Source of the DNA: Laetmonice hystrix
Lineage: Eukaryota
Assembly: GCA_965235115.1 (NCBI GenBank)
Contig: OZ249437.1
Span: forward strand, 15,438,001 to 15,502,000
Length of the DNA: 64,000 nt
Direction: 5' to 3'
The notes under the pieces were generated by a model. That model was not told the origin of the DNA. It saw only the letters and a program-made list of their open reading frames with translations, and made no database searches. A program made the translations under genes and the position numbers. Below are positions 48,620-60,407 of the stretch, in pieces. Position 1 is the stretch's first letter. Each line of letters opens with the position of its first letter.

Positions 48620-49087
48620 GTTATTAAGATGCTGGTTGCCGTCATCGTGCTCTTCGCAATCTGCTGGGGCCCAACTGTCATCGACAACGTGTTGGCCGCC
48701 TATGGATACGTCGACAAGATGAACTATGGCTCTCTAAAACACATGAGGCAGGCTTTTGTTCTCATGTCTTACTTTAACTCTTGCGTCAACCCCATAGTGT
48801 ACGCCTTCATGTCGAAGAACTTCCGGGAAAGCTTCAAATGCGCGCTATGTGTGTGCGTTCACGGGAAGAAATACTTGCGTCAGTACAGGTACAGCCGACA
48901 GGCAAGCTTTCAGACGCGCTCGCCATCAATGACAATGACTCGTACCGTCTCACTCTCAACAAAAAATGACATGTTGGATAAGACAGACTTCGCTTGCAAC
49001 GACTTCGAGGCGGAGATCCTGGAGACCCGCTCGAGTAATTCGCGGTTGATGCCATGTCGACTGAACGAGGGGGACGCAAAGCTCTGA
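48620..49087 (+). CDS. GPCR last coding exon: TM6 (CWGP), TM7 (NPIVY), helix 8 and Ser/Thr-rich tail
   Basis: CTGTAG acceptor; VIKMLVAVIVLFAICWGP...SYFNSCVNPIVYAFMSKNFRESF; TGA at 49085-49087. Resembles peptide receptors of the QRFP/CCK/orexin neighbourhood, but the orthologue cannot be assigned by eye. Confidence 0.96.
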   Translation, partial: VIKMLVAVIVLFAICWGPTVIDNVLAAYGYVDKMNYGSLKHMRQAFVLMSYFNSCVNPIVYAFMSKNFRESFKCALCVCVHGKKYLRQYRYSRQASFQTRSPSMTMTRTVSLSTKNDMLDKTDFACNDFEAEILETRSSNSRLMPCRLNEGDAKL

Positions 49088-49092
49088 ACTCG

Positions 49093-49272
49093 CGACGTCA
49101 GGACGCCATGCTATGAACGCGTGACGTCAGAACGTGACATTGTGAATGTGTGACGTCTGTACGCCACGTTATGGATGCGTGACGTCAAAACTCCACGCTA
49201 TGAACGTGTGACGTCAGATGCCACGCTATGAATGCGTGACATCAGACGCAAAGCTATGGATGCCTGACGTCA
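49093..49272. promoter_or_regulatory. 28-29 bp periodic array of CRE palindromes just after the GPCR stop
   Basis: Perfect TGACGTCA at 49122, 49180, 49209 and 49265; one-mismatch copies at 49093, 49151 and 49237. Confidence 0.6.
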
Positions 49273-50320
49273 GAACGCAGAAATGTTATGCACAACGGAG
49301 GAAACGACGTTGATGCCACAGATGCCCATGAGGACGATATCATCTCGTCAAAGTACGAAATACGAACAAAACATGTTTAACGGATGTAAAGACTATATCC
49401 ATTAATCAACACAAAGTTCAACAGATATATTGGCATATAATTTGTCTGACAGTGGTCCCAAGCTTGAGTAAAGAGGATCTTAAGCAGGATTTTTGTCCAA
49501 ATTTCTGAATGTTTACAAGCACAAACCAGTTTTATGGGGTATGTTCTGCACTGGCTTTGCTCACATTCTGAATGCTAGATTTACTCAAGCAACTAAAGTC
49601 TAATGAACACTGAACACGAGGGTAACTTCTTCCTGGCTTTCTGTTTGAATTGGTATAACATAAAAGCATGAATTTCATTATTATTATGATCCTTTATTTA
49701 CCGCGATTAGAAGCTGCCTAGTAATAAGCATAAAATCACACCCGAAAGCTCCCATACTTATCCCCAATGATATTTGTACCAATCTATTTTTGCCGGAGTA
49801 GATGCCATTCACGGTGATGCTCTTACGTGGATCTAATTATCAAAGTAACGGGGAGAAACGAAGTAGGAGTGATCCACAAGAACTGACTGGCAACCTTTCT
49901 TGAGATACAATTTTTCTTCTTCAGCCTGACTTCTCTCTCAAAGTGCATTGAGTGCATACATACTAGAGGGCGGGAACAATAAATCTTCCAGGATATTATT
50001 ACATATACTAAAACATTGTGACAACAAGCGAATGAATAAACTGATGCTCCAATGAGGCGGAAATTGAATGAATCAGCATAGCGTTGCTCAGAATGGAATT
50101 GGGATACACACTACCTACCTGACCACCAACCTGATGGTTGTCAAAAGAAAAAAATGAGATGTTCAAGAGGGTTATTTCCATTTGTAAAATTCACAAAGAG
50201 AGGAAACGAACATAATGTATTTCAAGTACTTGCGATGACTTCCAATTTACGAATCTCTACTTTGATATTTTCATGTCGTGTCTGCTTTATGTAATGTGAT
50301 GGTATGAGAAGATGGCGTCT

Positions 50321-52557
50321 CCAGGCTGAGACTGGGATATCGCCAGGCCGAGACTGGGATATCGCCAGGCCGAGACTGGGATATCGCCAGGCCGAGACTG
50401 GGATATCGCCAGGCCGAGACTGGGATATCGCCAGGCGGAGACTGGGATATCGCTAGACTGAGACTGGGATATCGCCAGGCCGAGACTGGGATATCTCTAG
50501 GCCGAGACTGGGATATCGCCATCCAGGCTGAGACTGGGATATCGCCAGGCTGAGACTGGGATATCGCCAGGCCGAGACTGGGATATCGCCAGGCCGAGAC
50601 TGGGATATCGCCAGGCCGAGACTGGGATATCGCCAGGCCGAGACTGGGATATCGCCAGGCCGAGACTGGGATATCGCCAGGCCCAGACTGGGATATCGCC
50701 AGGCCCAGACTGGGATATCGCCAGGCCGAGACTGGGATATCGCCAGGCCGAGACTGGGATATCGCTAGGCCGAGACTGGGATATCGGCAGGCTGGGATAT
50801 CGCCAGGCTGAGACTGGGATATCACCAGGCTGAGACTGGGATATCGCCAGGCCCAGACTGGGATATCGCCAGGCCGAGACTGGGATATCGCCAGGCCGAG
50901 ACTGGGATATCGCCAGGCCGAGACTGGGATATCGCCAGGCCGAGACTAGGATATCGGCAGGCTGGAATATCGCCAGGCTGAGACTGGGATATCGCCAGGC
51001 CGAGACTGGGATATCGCCAGGCCCAGACTGGGATATCGCCAGGCCCAGACTGGGATATCGCCAGGCCGAGACTGGGATATCGCCAGGCCGAGACTGGGAT
51101 ATCGCCAGGCCGAGACTGGGATATCGCCAGGCCGAGACTGGGATATCGCCAGGCCCAGACTGGGATATCGCCAGGCCGAGACTGGGATATCGCTAGGCCG
51201 AGACTGGGATATCGGCAGGCTGGGATATCGCCAGGCTGAGACTGGGATATCACCAGGCTGAGACTGGGATATCGCCAGGCCCAGACTGGGATATCGCCAG
51301 GCCCAGACTGGGATATCGCCAGGCCGAGACTGGGATATCGCCAGGCCGAGACTGGGATATCGGCAGGCTGGAATATCGCCAGGCTGAGACTGGGATATCG
51401 CCAGGCCGAGACTGGGATATCGCCAGGCCCAGACTGGGATATCGCCAGGCCCAGACTGGGATATCGCCAGGCCCAGACTGGGATATCGCCAGGCCGAGAC
51501 TGGGATATCGCCAGGCCGAGACTGGGATATCGCCAGGCCCAGACTGGGATATCGCCAGGCCCAGACTGGGATATCGCCAGGCCGAGACTGGGATATCGCT
51601 AGGCCGAGACTGGGATATCGGCAGGCTGGGATATCGCCAGGCTGAGACTGGGATATCACCAGGCTGAGACTGGGATATCGCCAGGCCCAGACTGGGATAT
51701 CGCCAGGCCGAGACTGGGATATCGCCAGGCCGAGACTGGGATATCGCCAGGCCGAGACTGGGATATCGCCAGGCTGGAATATCGCCAGGCTGAGACTGGG
51801 ATATCGCCAGGCCGAGACTGGGATATCGCCAGGCCCAGACTGGGATATCGCCAGGCCGAGACTGGGATATCGCTAGGCCGAGACTGGGATATCGCTAGGC
51901 CGAGACTGGGATATCGGCAGGCTGGGATATCACCAGGCTGAGACTGGGATATCGCCAGGCCCAGACTGGGATATCGCCAGGCCCAGACTGGGATATCGCC
52001 AGGCCGAGACTGGGATATCGCCAGGCCGAGACTGGGATATCGCCAGGCCGAGACTGGGATATCGCCAGGCCGAGACTGGGATATTGCCAGGCCGAGACTG
52101 GGATATCGCCAGGCCCAGACTGGGATATCGCCAGGCCCAGACTGGGATATCGCCAGGCCGAGACTGGGATATCGCTAGGCCGAGACTGGGATATCGCTAG
52201 GCCGAGACTGGGATATCGGCAGGCTGGGATATCGCCAGGCTGAGACTGGGATATCACCAGGCTGAGACTGGGATATCGCCAGGCCCAGACTGGGATATCG
52301 CCAGGCTGAGACTGGGATATCGCCAGGCCGAGACTGGGATATCGCTAGGCCGAGACTGGGATATGGGCAGGCTGGAATATCGCCAGGCTGAGACTGGGAT
52401 ATCACCAGGCTGAGACTGGGATATCGCCAGGCTGAGACTGGGATATTGCCAGGCTGAGACTGGGATATTTGCTAGACTGAGACTGGGATATCGTCAGGCT
52501 GGGATATCGCCAGGCGGAGACTGGGATATCACCAGGCTGAGACTGGGATATCGCCAT
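50321..52557. repeat. Minisatellite, 22-bp unit (GCCAGGCCGAGACTGGGATATC), about 100 copies, with higher-order structure
   Basis: Direct tandem repeats with recurrent 16-bp deletion units and ordered variant blocks. Confidence 0.97.
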
Positions 52558-52733
52558 CGTGCCAGATATAACGGATTATGTGACTTTGTTCTTTGTGTTC
52601 TCGAACTTATCTTTGGTGGTAGCTAAAACTGTCGCTGGTACTGTGAAGTTGATGTGAATAAAATTATGATACGTTAACCACACTTAGACTCGCTGGGTTT
52701 TTTTTATATTTCTACCCTCCGGCCGGTATGTAT

Positions 52734-52912
52734 GGTGGCCCACAAGGGGCATTTATTTCTATAATAGGCTTTTCATTTTAGTTTAGTACTTTCCACCGCG
52801 GGGAAAAACATAATTCCACGGCGAAAAGTTTCCTCCGCGGAAAGAAGACTTATTTTCCGCGGTACTAAAATAAAATGTCGCATATAGAAATTAATGCCCC
52901 TTGTGGGCCACC
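52734..52912. mobile_element. Palindromic MITE
   Basis: 28-bp TIR GGTGGCCCACAAGGGGCATT(T/A)ATTTCTA plus an inner inverted pair; no clear TSD. Confidence 0.7.
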
Positions 52913-53702
52913 CCAATGGCGACATCTCGACCAAATCTAGTTGTAACTAAAACACCAATAAATATTGCTAGCCGTACACCTCACCGTTAACACCTCTGTC
53001 CAATTACCCACAAACGTATCTGGTTCCATTTCATTGCCCCTAAGCCTCACTCCGACTCCCAAGTAGAAAGTCTACGTTGGAATATTACCACCATCACAAA
53101 TGAATATACCTGTCCGGTGAGATGAAGGGCGGTATAAGGAGGAGCATTTTATCCTGCCAATCCTGCCTTATCGCGTTAGCACACAACGCTGTCAAAGTGT
53201 GGACGAAATGACAAGATATTCTTCATATTTCCCCAAAAGGTTTTGCAATCTTCCAGTATATTCCACCAAGGCCATGTCAATCAACAAAAACGCCTGACCT
53301 TAAATTTCATCATATTCTCTGTTGTGCTGTCAATTACTTTCTGAAGATGCAGGCGCGCACGTCCTCGAAATTCTCATCCATCTCCTATGTGATTATGGCT
53401 TCCCTTGCTCGGTATTACCAGTGACATTGCCTGGGCCTTCGTTGCCCCGGGTTACTCATTAGACGCAGCGTCTTGGTGGCCGTCGGAATCAACCAGCGTT
53501 CCTGACCGGATGTTGTTATAGGACCGAGCCGACGACACGTAAAATCATCGTCTCGTGGCCGGTTTACAGCGCGGAGTAATACCAAACGCTTGGACTACAG
53601 TTGTACCAATTGGTAAGTTGTGGGGACGTCTGTAAGTGTCTGTTATTTGAATATTATTACATCTTTTCAACACATACAACTACACTCGGGACACCGTGCG
53701 TT

Positions 53703-54000
53703 TTACATATGAACTGGTGGAAGAAAATATAAGAAAAGACGGTTTACATATGGGGGAAGAAAAGAAAAGAAAAGACGGTTTACATATAAACTGGGGGAAG
53801 AAAAGCAAAGACGGTTCACATATAAACTGGAGGAAGAAAAGAAAAGAAAAGACGGTTCACATATAAACTGGGGGAAGAAAAGAAAAGAAAAGAAAAGAAA
53901 AGACGGTTCACATATAAACTGGGGGAAGAAAAGAAAAGAAAAGAAAGGAAAAGACGGTTCACATATAAACTGGGGGAAGAAAAGAAAAGAAATGAAAAGA
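53703..54000. repeat. Purine-rich tandem repeat (AAAAGACGGTTCACATATAAACTGGGGGAAG plus a variable AAAAG tract), about 6 copies
   Basis: Direct repeats visible. Confidence 0.85.
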
Positions 54001-54207
54001 AGCGCGACTCTGACAATAATAACCGACACCAATGTTCAGCAACTGATGGTATTTATTTTCTACACAACACTGAATAATTATACCCGTTAGTTCCATAATA
54101 CAAGGGACATTGAAGTGCATAGGACATCAGGGCCCGGTTTTGTGTGTGTGCAATTTTCGTGAGCTGAGCAGAATTTTCGTGAGCTGGGCACAACCTATCT
54201 AACTATG

Positions 54208-54438
54208 CCCAGGGCCGTGTGCGCCCCCCCCCCCCTTTCAAAATCACATAGGCCTACAAGGCTTGAACTTTTCACATGTCACTTTAGACTCTATTTTGTG
54301 CTCTAAGATGCACCAAATCCCACCAATTTACACCTTAAATTTTAAGATTTTCTGGAATGCCCCCCGTACCCCTTAGCATGGCTTCCGTCGGCCCAAATGT
54401 ACCCCCCCCCCCCCAAATAAAAATCGCACGGCCCTGGG
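54208..54438. mobile_element. MITE with CCCAGGGCCGTG inverted ends (hAT-like)
   Basis: 12-bp perfect inverted ends with poly-C tracts inside; TSD not evident. Confidence 0.6.
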
Positions 54439-57156
54439 TCATGAGTAGTGGTAGGCCCCACCACTACTGGCATGCATAAAATATCGTTTGGCACATACAC
54501 TGAGATGTATTATAACCACATAATATTCAACCAGTGTTTCGGGGATTTGGGAATGTATCTATACATTTGAGAAGACTAGTACATGTATACTGTAGAGGCG
54601 CTGCTGTAAACAGTTTAACTTAGGGGGTAGAAAATGTAGCGAATTTTCAATATGGACTATTTAGTGGGTACAAATTTTAGCGACGTGAGATTTAGTACTA
54701 GTATGGAAGGCTTTGTGGTTAAAATTTAGCGGAAACTGTTGTTAGCGAAAATGGCAAATCGCTAAATTAAATACCTCGCTAAAATTACTTGTTATATATA
54801 TACTGTATACTATACAAAAACATGGTCAAACGGTGTCTTCTTATAGAAACAGATTTTCGGCGCAGACTGTACGTCTTGTAATTCTGGTGGGAAAATTATT
54901 ATTCTTTTTAAGAGAAGTCACGGGTTGCCCTAGGATCTGTTAGAGCTGGAACGCGAAATGTTTCCTTGGTCAAACAAACACAAATAACGGAGTTTACAAA
55001 ATGCCCCTTTTAATGTGTTCTTTTCCAACCGGGAAGTATGCATGCACGCTGTCTCAAATCAAATATTCCTCACTACCTCCACCGAAAGGGAATTCCTTGA
55101 CGCTGTCAGCATAAAGACTAAGCCCAACAGTGGATTAACCCCAGGACGTGCAGGAAAAGTCCAAACGGGCAAGAATAAAATTAAAGCCGTTGTGCAGAAA
55201 AAAAATTAAGCCGGCTGCAGAATTAGTACTGTTAACGTGTATCCACTAGGCCGACCGGCCGAATGGATTCAGCCCTTTACTATGTCGGTCATGCTACTCC
55301 TGTAGTATCGTTAAAACGAGACACCAAATTAAGACAGTCATGACGGTAAATCATCAAAATATGCCCAATTCTAGTTTAGGCCTACCCCTCCCGCCTTCCC
55401 AGGTGCTGTGGTAATACGTGAGGACGGGAGTCATGTCTTTCGAATCGAGATGAGCTTTGAAACGGGACCTGTGATTGGTTCACTGACCATAGGAGTAAAA
55501 CTTTCATTTTTGAAACTTTCGATATTTCTTTGTATAAAACACACATCCGATCCATTCATAAAGGTAGACCTAGTTCTGAAACTGTCTTGGAAATCATATT
55601 TATACAAAATGTTTTTTTTTTTTTGCGAAAACTTCTGACTAATACGACATTTTAGACAGATTACACTACAGCCGTTCTCAGGATGAACTTTACCAGACGT
55701 CCTCTCACGGCCAATTATATAGACGGTAGGAGGCTCCATCGTCCCAGGTAGCCCATACCATGCGCTGAGACCAACTCCTTTGAAGATTCGCGGTGCCATG
55801 CCGCACTCCCTTACTGTGCATTAAGTCTTGTTGTGGATGAAAAGATAATAACCTCAAGTGAAAACGGTCAAATCGGTACGTATCGGCGAATTAACCGTTA
55901 ACAGTCACTTGTTCGGTATTCTAACAAGCAGTACAGTGTTCTCGAAGTGCCTAATTTCCCCCGAAGACTACGTTTTAACGCCCTGTTAAAGACATCGAGA
56001 AGACCAGAATGTCCATGTCGCTGTCCTCTTGTCGGTTTGCGCATGCCTCAGCAACCACAAGTACGTGATAGCGTTATAAAATTACATCACGTTTAACGTT
56101 CTCTTGGACTAATAATAGCCACGATCATGAACGCCGTAATCCGTTAGAAGCAAATAATTCTTGAAATTTACGAATATGGACCATTCCGCCGGCGCAGGAG
56201 GTTTACACACCCGAGAGTGCTGTATTTTATACACATGGCAAGCGGCTAAACAGCTGCTATACAAACGGATTCGTAAAGTGATCCTATAACATTGCAGCTG
56301 AGACAACAGGAGGAAATGTCGCCTTCACAACGCTCGTCTACAATTTTAAGATATGTCGTTTATTCTCACGCTTTGAAAGGAACTAGCCACATTATGCTGT
56401 TCAGGACTAGAGTAGGATGTTGTATCTCCCTTGTACATTATATAAATGACCTCAAACAATATACAACGACTCTCAAGTGTTTTATTGTTCCCCTGGTAAA
56501 GGTATATACGTATATCCATTGGTTTATGAGCATTTCGTATCCTCTTTCTTGTAATCTATATTTATACGACACGTTTAGTACATATACCACCGACTGACAT
56601 AGTTGCCTACTGTCTACGTGACACTCATGTCCCTAATAATATCACACTACGCCTTGTAGTGATAATCTCACTAATATATATAGACGTACACAAAATAATA
56701 CGTACAAGTGTCCCAGCACTAGATTACCAGCAGTACATTTGCTGTCACGTTATATGGTCATGAGTCACGGCATCATGGAAATAGAGTATTATATTTAGAT
56801 TAAATAAGGAGCAGTAGCCTTTTTAATCTGTTCTAGCAGATTACCAAAACATAAACAGAAACAATTGAAACAGCCCCGATCATCACGTTCAGACCTCTGT
56901 TAACAAATAAACGAGCCAGTTCTAATGAGCTTGGGACTGAGTCTTAATATATACGGAAGCATATTAAGGACACATTATGAATAAATCACTAAAATATAGA
57001 AGTTTTGAGTTGAAAAGGCGGAAATCTGAGTTTTAATTTCCGCAATGTGTCCCTGGATGGTTTTCGTGGTGTTGAGACTCAATGCCAGGTTCATTATAAG
57101 TGACCTGGTTTTCGTTATGACGCGGGCGTATCGGTTTGTGGGCCACATGACGTGGC

Positions 57157-57255
57157 TCACCGTGATAACGAGGCCATAGCCTCCACCAATCGGAGCACTT
57201 CTACTATCGTCAAACCGAACTTCCGCTCCAGCGAAGAGAAGAAATACTCGGGGGC
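57157..57255 (-). CDS. ARM-TIR-SAM gene, terminal exon (end of the SAM-like domain)
   Basis: GATTTCAG acceptor (phase 0); APEYFFSSLERKFGLTIVEVLRLVEAMASLSR*. This exon is not in the ORF track; I found it by following splice phases. Confidence 0.8.
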   Translation of the reverse strand, partial: APEYFFSSLERKFGLTIVEVLRLVEAMASLSR

Positions 57256-57586
57256 CTGAAATCAACAATAGTTCTTCTGTTAATCTCTCAATAACAATAG
57301 TTGTGACTGTAGAAAATAATGGAACTATAGGCTTTGGGCATTGATAGAATGTTTAGTGTAGGCCTAATTTGAATTAACGAAACCGTTTTTATCCATTGTG
57401 ATATTAAATATAAACAGAATTTCGACGCCGTGACTTATGTTAAGTAGAAACCTGTTATATATAGTTTTCGCGACCTTGATAATATGAACCCATCCCCTAA
57501 TTTTTATCCATTGTGATATCGTTTAGTAAATATATAAAGTTTCAACTAACTCCACCTAATATTTGGTTAAATTCATTACCCTCCTG

Positions 57587-57865
57587 ACCTCCCTGCCGTA
57601 AATCTCCTGACCTCCCCTGCCGTAAATCTCCTGACCTTCCCTGCCGTAAATCTGTGACCTCCGCTGTCGTATATCTCCTGACCTTCCCTGCCGTAAATCT
57701 GTGACCTCCGCTGTCGTATATCTTCTGACCTCCCTGCCGTAAATATCCTGACCTCCCCTGCCGTAAATATCCTGACCTCCCCTGTTGCATATCTCCTGAC
57801 CTCCCTGCCATAAATCTCTGACCTCCCCTGCCGTAAACCTCCTGACCTCCCTGCCGTAAATCTCC
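57587..57865. repeat. 23-24 bp tandem repeat (CTCCTGACCTCCCCTGCCGTAAAT), about 12 copies, intronic
   Basis: Direct repeats starting 46 bp into the intron after the 57912 donor. Confidence 0.9.
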
Positions 57866-57911
57866 TTTGTTTCGGAGTGAGAACAGCAAACCGCCATGTT
57901 TTCAGGCTTAC

Positions 57912-57978
57912 CTCATGTCTTAATGTCAACAGGCTCGACAACAACCTTCCGTCAATCTCCTGAAATGCTCCTTTACAT
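57912..57978 (-). CDS. ARM-TIR-SAM gene exon (SAM-like core)
   Basis: GATTTCAG acceptor (phase 2), GAG|GTAAGC donor; CKGAFQEIDGRLLSSLLTLRHE contains the SAM-typical F..IDG..L. Confidence 0.82.
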
Positions 57979-58312
57979 CTGAAATCAAAGACAAACAAAC
58001 TCTATATTGTTGTACCTACCAGACTGTGACCTTCCGTTTCCCATTAGATACTGTCGTGTGATTTATGGAGTATAGGGTAAGAGTATGCAAATTTGGGGAA
58101 ATAAACAAAGAAGGTTCACAGAACTGCACAGTGCGGACCGAATTAGAAGCATCCACTTTTCTAACATTTGGGCCTCTTCCATTAAATGTATATTGTGTAA
58201 TTACGTCAACGTAAAAGTCGTAAGCATTACTGAATATAAGGGCAATATTAGTTGTATTCTGGGGGAGGTTTTATGGGTATATTTGCAATGTTAAAAAGAG
58301 TTTAATTCATAC

Positions 58313-58484
58313 GTTTCAAGTTGATGTTGTTGTAACCATTCCTGTACTTGTTGCTTGTCCCATGCTGTGAACGACTGCGCAGAGGCGTTTGATGACGTCA
58401 CCGGTGTCTCGGTAAACGGGCCACCTTTCGTAGCGGTGTTCGCCGGCTGCGACACCACCGGAACGACTGCAACAGGCATCCAGA
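58313..58484 (-). CDS. ARM-TIR-SAM gene exon (linker and start of SAM)
   Basis: GGTCAG acceptor (phase 1), AC|GTATGA donor (phase 2); ...FTAWDKQQVQEWLQQHQLE matches the SAM N-terminal W...V..WL pattern. Confidence 0.8.
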
Positions 58485-59486
58485 CTGACCGTAACAAGGA
58501 AGGTGTGGATAGAATAAGAAATATGACAAGGGAATAAGGAGGCGAGATGAGACAGGATGTGCAATAAATCTATCCCTGGGTACATTTCTCATAAATGCAA
58601 AATTCCTGACTGGGGAATAAATAACATTTTATGTGTCTGTGGCTACATCTCTTCCCTGTCACTACACGAATCCATACATTGATATTGAGACGACAATGTG
58701 AATTAGAAGACTTTTATGTACGGTCTAATGAGTACATCTAATTGCATCCTACATTGTTATCTCGTTTGGTGCGCAATAAACAATTAAACGTGGTCGTAAT
58801 GGACTCTGGGATTATGAATGGGCCTACAAGCGCTGTTTTGCTTATAATCACACAAGGTAGATAATAACAACCTCCTACTATATATATCAGTGGCCAGGCT
58901 TCCGTCTAACATATATCATTTTCAGGTATAATAGATCTACTCCGCATACTTTTACATTGATATATGCCAGCTCAAGGCCGTACGGCGGATTTTTTCAAGG
59001 GGGGGGGGGAGGTTCGCGGCGCCTCCCTGCAATTGTTCCATTTGAAAGACACTGCGACATGCATTTCATAAACAGCCATATTTCCATTTCCCTCGCTCAC
59101 CTGGGTAGAGCCAAGTAAAGCCAAAATACACTAACTTTGCGTGATCCTGTTATCCTGATTTGCTTATCAAGTTTCACAAATCTGAAGAAGTCACCAATTA
59201 ATAGGCCTTCGTTTCGTGACACAGGCGCGTCCAATAAAAAGAACTCGAGTCCAAATTGACGACTGGTCCTTTCAGCAGCACAATTTTGACGCAGCGACTT
59301 ATGTTAAGTAGAAACCTGTTACAGATATAGTTTTTGCGACCTTCATAATATTGAGATTAGTGCTGCAAATATGCCACCTCTGTCATGTTCTCCGGGCTAC
59401 CATCTATTATGCGCAAGCAATTTGACATAGCTTTCTTGGACAACTTTATCAAAGTTTTCCTTGTTCCCCAATGACCAAGAACTTAC

Positions 59487-59838
59487 TTGGAGTAATCTTG
59501 TCAGGTTGAGCGTCTCGGCCCCGCCCGTTCAGTTCATTCTCCAGCATACCGAAGGCCTTGTCGAAGGAGTATTTACCGTCAAAGTTGATATAGAACTTGG
59601 CGCCCACCAGCATACCTAGCCAGCCATCGGGCCTGTACCTCCGCTGCATCATCAGAGGTACAATGTCCTTCTTTAGCTGGAATGTATATTCCGCCTCTGT
59701 TCGGCAGTTGGGACTGATTTTGTACTTTTCAGACATTGCCACGAGAATAACTGCTGCGTTCTCCACGGCGGAGGCCATCGCCTCCAGGGTGGAGCCACCC
59801 ATCCTCTCCACATCCAACCAAACTCGGTAACCATCTCC
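59487..59838 (-). CDS. ARM-TIR-SAM gene exon (TIR domain core, TIR_2-like)
   Basis: TTACAG acceptor (phase 0), A|GTAAGT donor (phase 1); GYRVWLDV...AVENAAVILVAMSEKYKISPNCRTEAEY...DGWLG. Confidence 0.94.
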
Positions 59839-60200
59839 CTGTAACAAAATCCAACAAATGATTATTCTTTTATTTTATTTTATTATCGCCTCCAGGGTGG
59901 AGCCACCCATCCTCTCCACGTCCAACCAAACTCGGTAACCATCTCTCTGTAACAAAATCCAACAAATGATTATTCTTTTATTTTATTTTATTATCGCCTC
60001 CAGGGTGGAGCCACCCATCCTCTCCACGTCCAACCAAACTCGGTAACCATCTCTCTGTAACAAAATCCAACAAGTGATTATTCTTTTATTTTATTTTATT
60101 TTATTATCGCCTCCAGGGTGGAGCCACCCATCCTCTCCACGTCCAACCAAACTCGGTAACCATCTCTCTGTAACAAAATCCAACAAGTGATTATTCTTTT
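59777..60200. repeat. Four tandem 108-113 bp copies of the TIR-exon splice acceptor plus the first ~62 exon bases
   Basis: Units start at 59777, 59885, 59993 and 60106; acceptor AGs at 59839-40 (in-frame exon), 59947-48, 60055-56 and 60168-69. Confidence 0.95.
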
Positions 60201-60315
60201 TTTTCAGCTCTCGGTCATTGTTTGGTTGCATCCAAGAAAAACGCCTGGGTCGCTGTACTAACATTTCTTTTATACGAAAAGACAAGAAAGTAGAAAAGGT
60301 GTTTTTAAATCTTAC

Positions 60316-60407
60316 CTTTAGTCTCTCGGCTAGTTTGATAATGACCTCTTGATTGTCGTGGTGGTACGATATCATGATGTGGTCTTCCTTGGCGACATCT
60401 TCACCCG
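60316..60407 (-). CDS. ARM-TIR-SAM gene exon (TIR N-terminal strand and helix)
   Basis: TTTCACAG acceptor (phase 1), AAG|GTAAGA donor (phase 0); HIMISYHHDNQEVIIKLAERLK joins GDGYRVWLD. Confidence 0.9.

Noticed and set aside
50271-52405. Long minus-strand ORFs (ISQSRPGDIPVSAWRYPSLGLA repeats)
   Set aside because: Translation of the 22-bp satellite cycling through frames.
53040-53640. GC-richer stretch that looked like a decayed coding region
   Set aside because: All three minus frames are interrupted by stops, with no recognisable motif.
55431-55799. 122-aa ATG-started ORF downstream of the TIR gene
   Set aside because: No recognisable domain, crosses a poly-T run, and the TIR gene already terminates at 57157.
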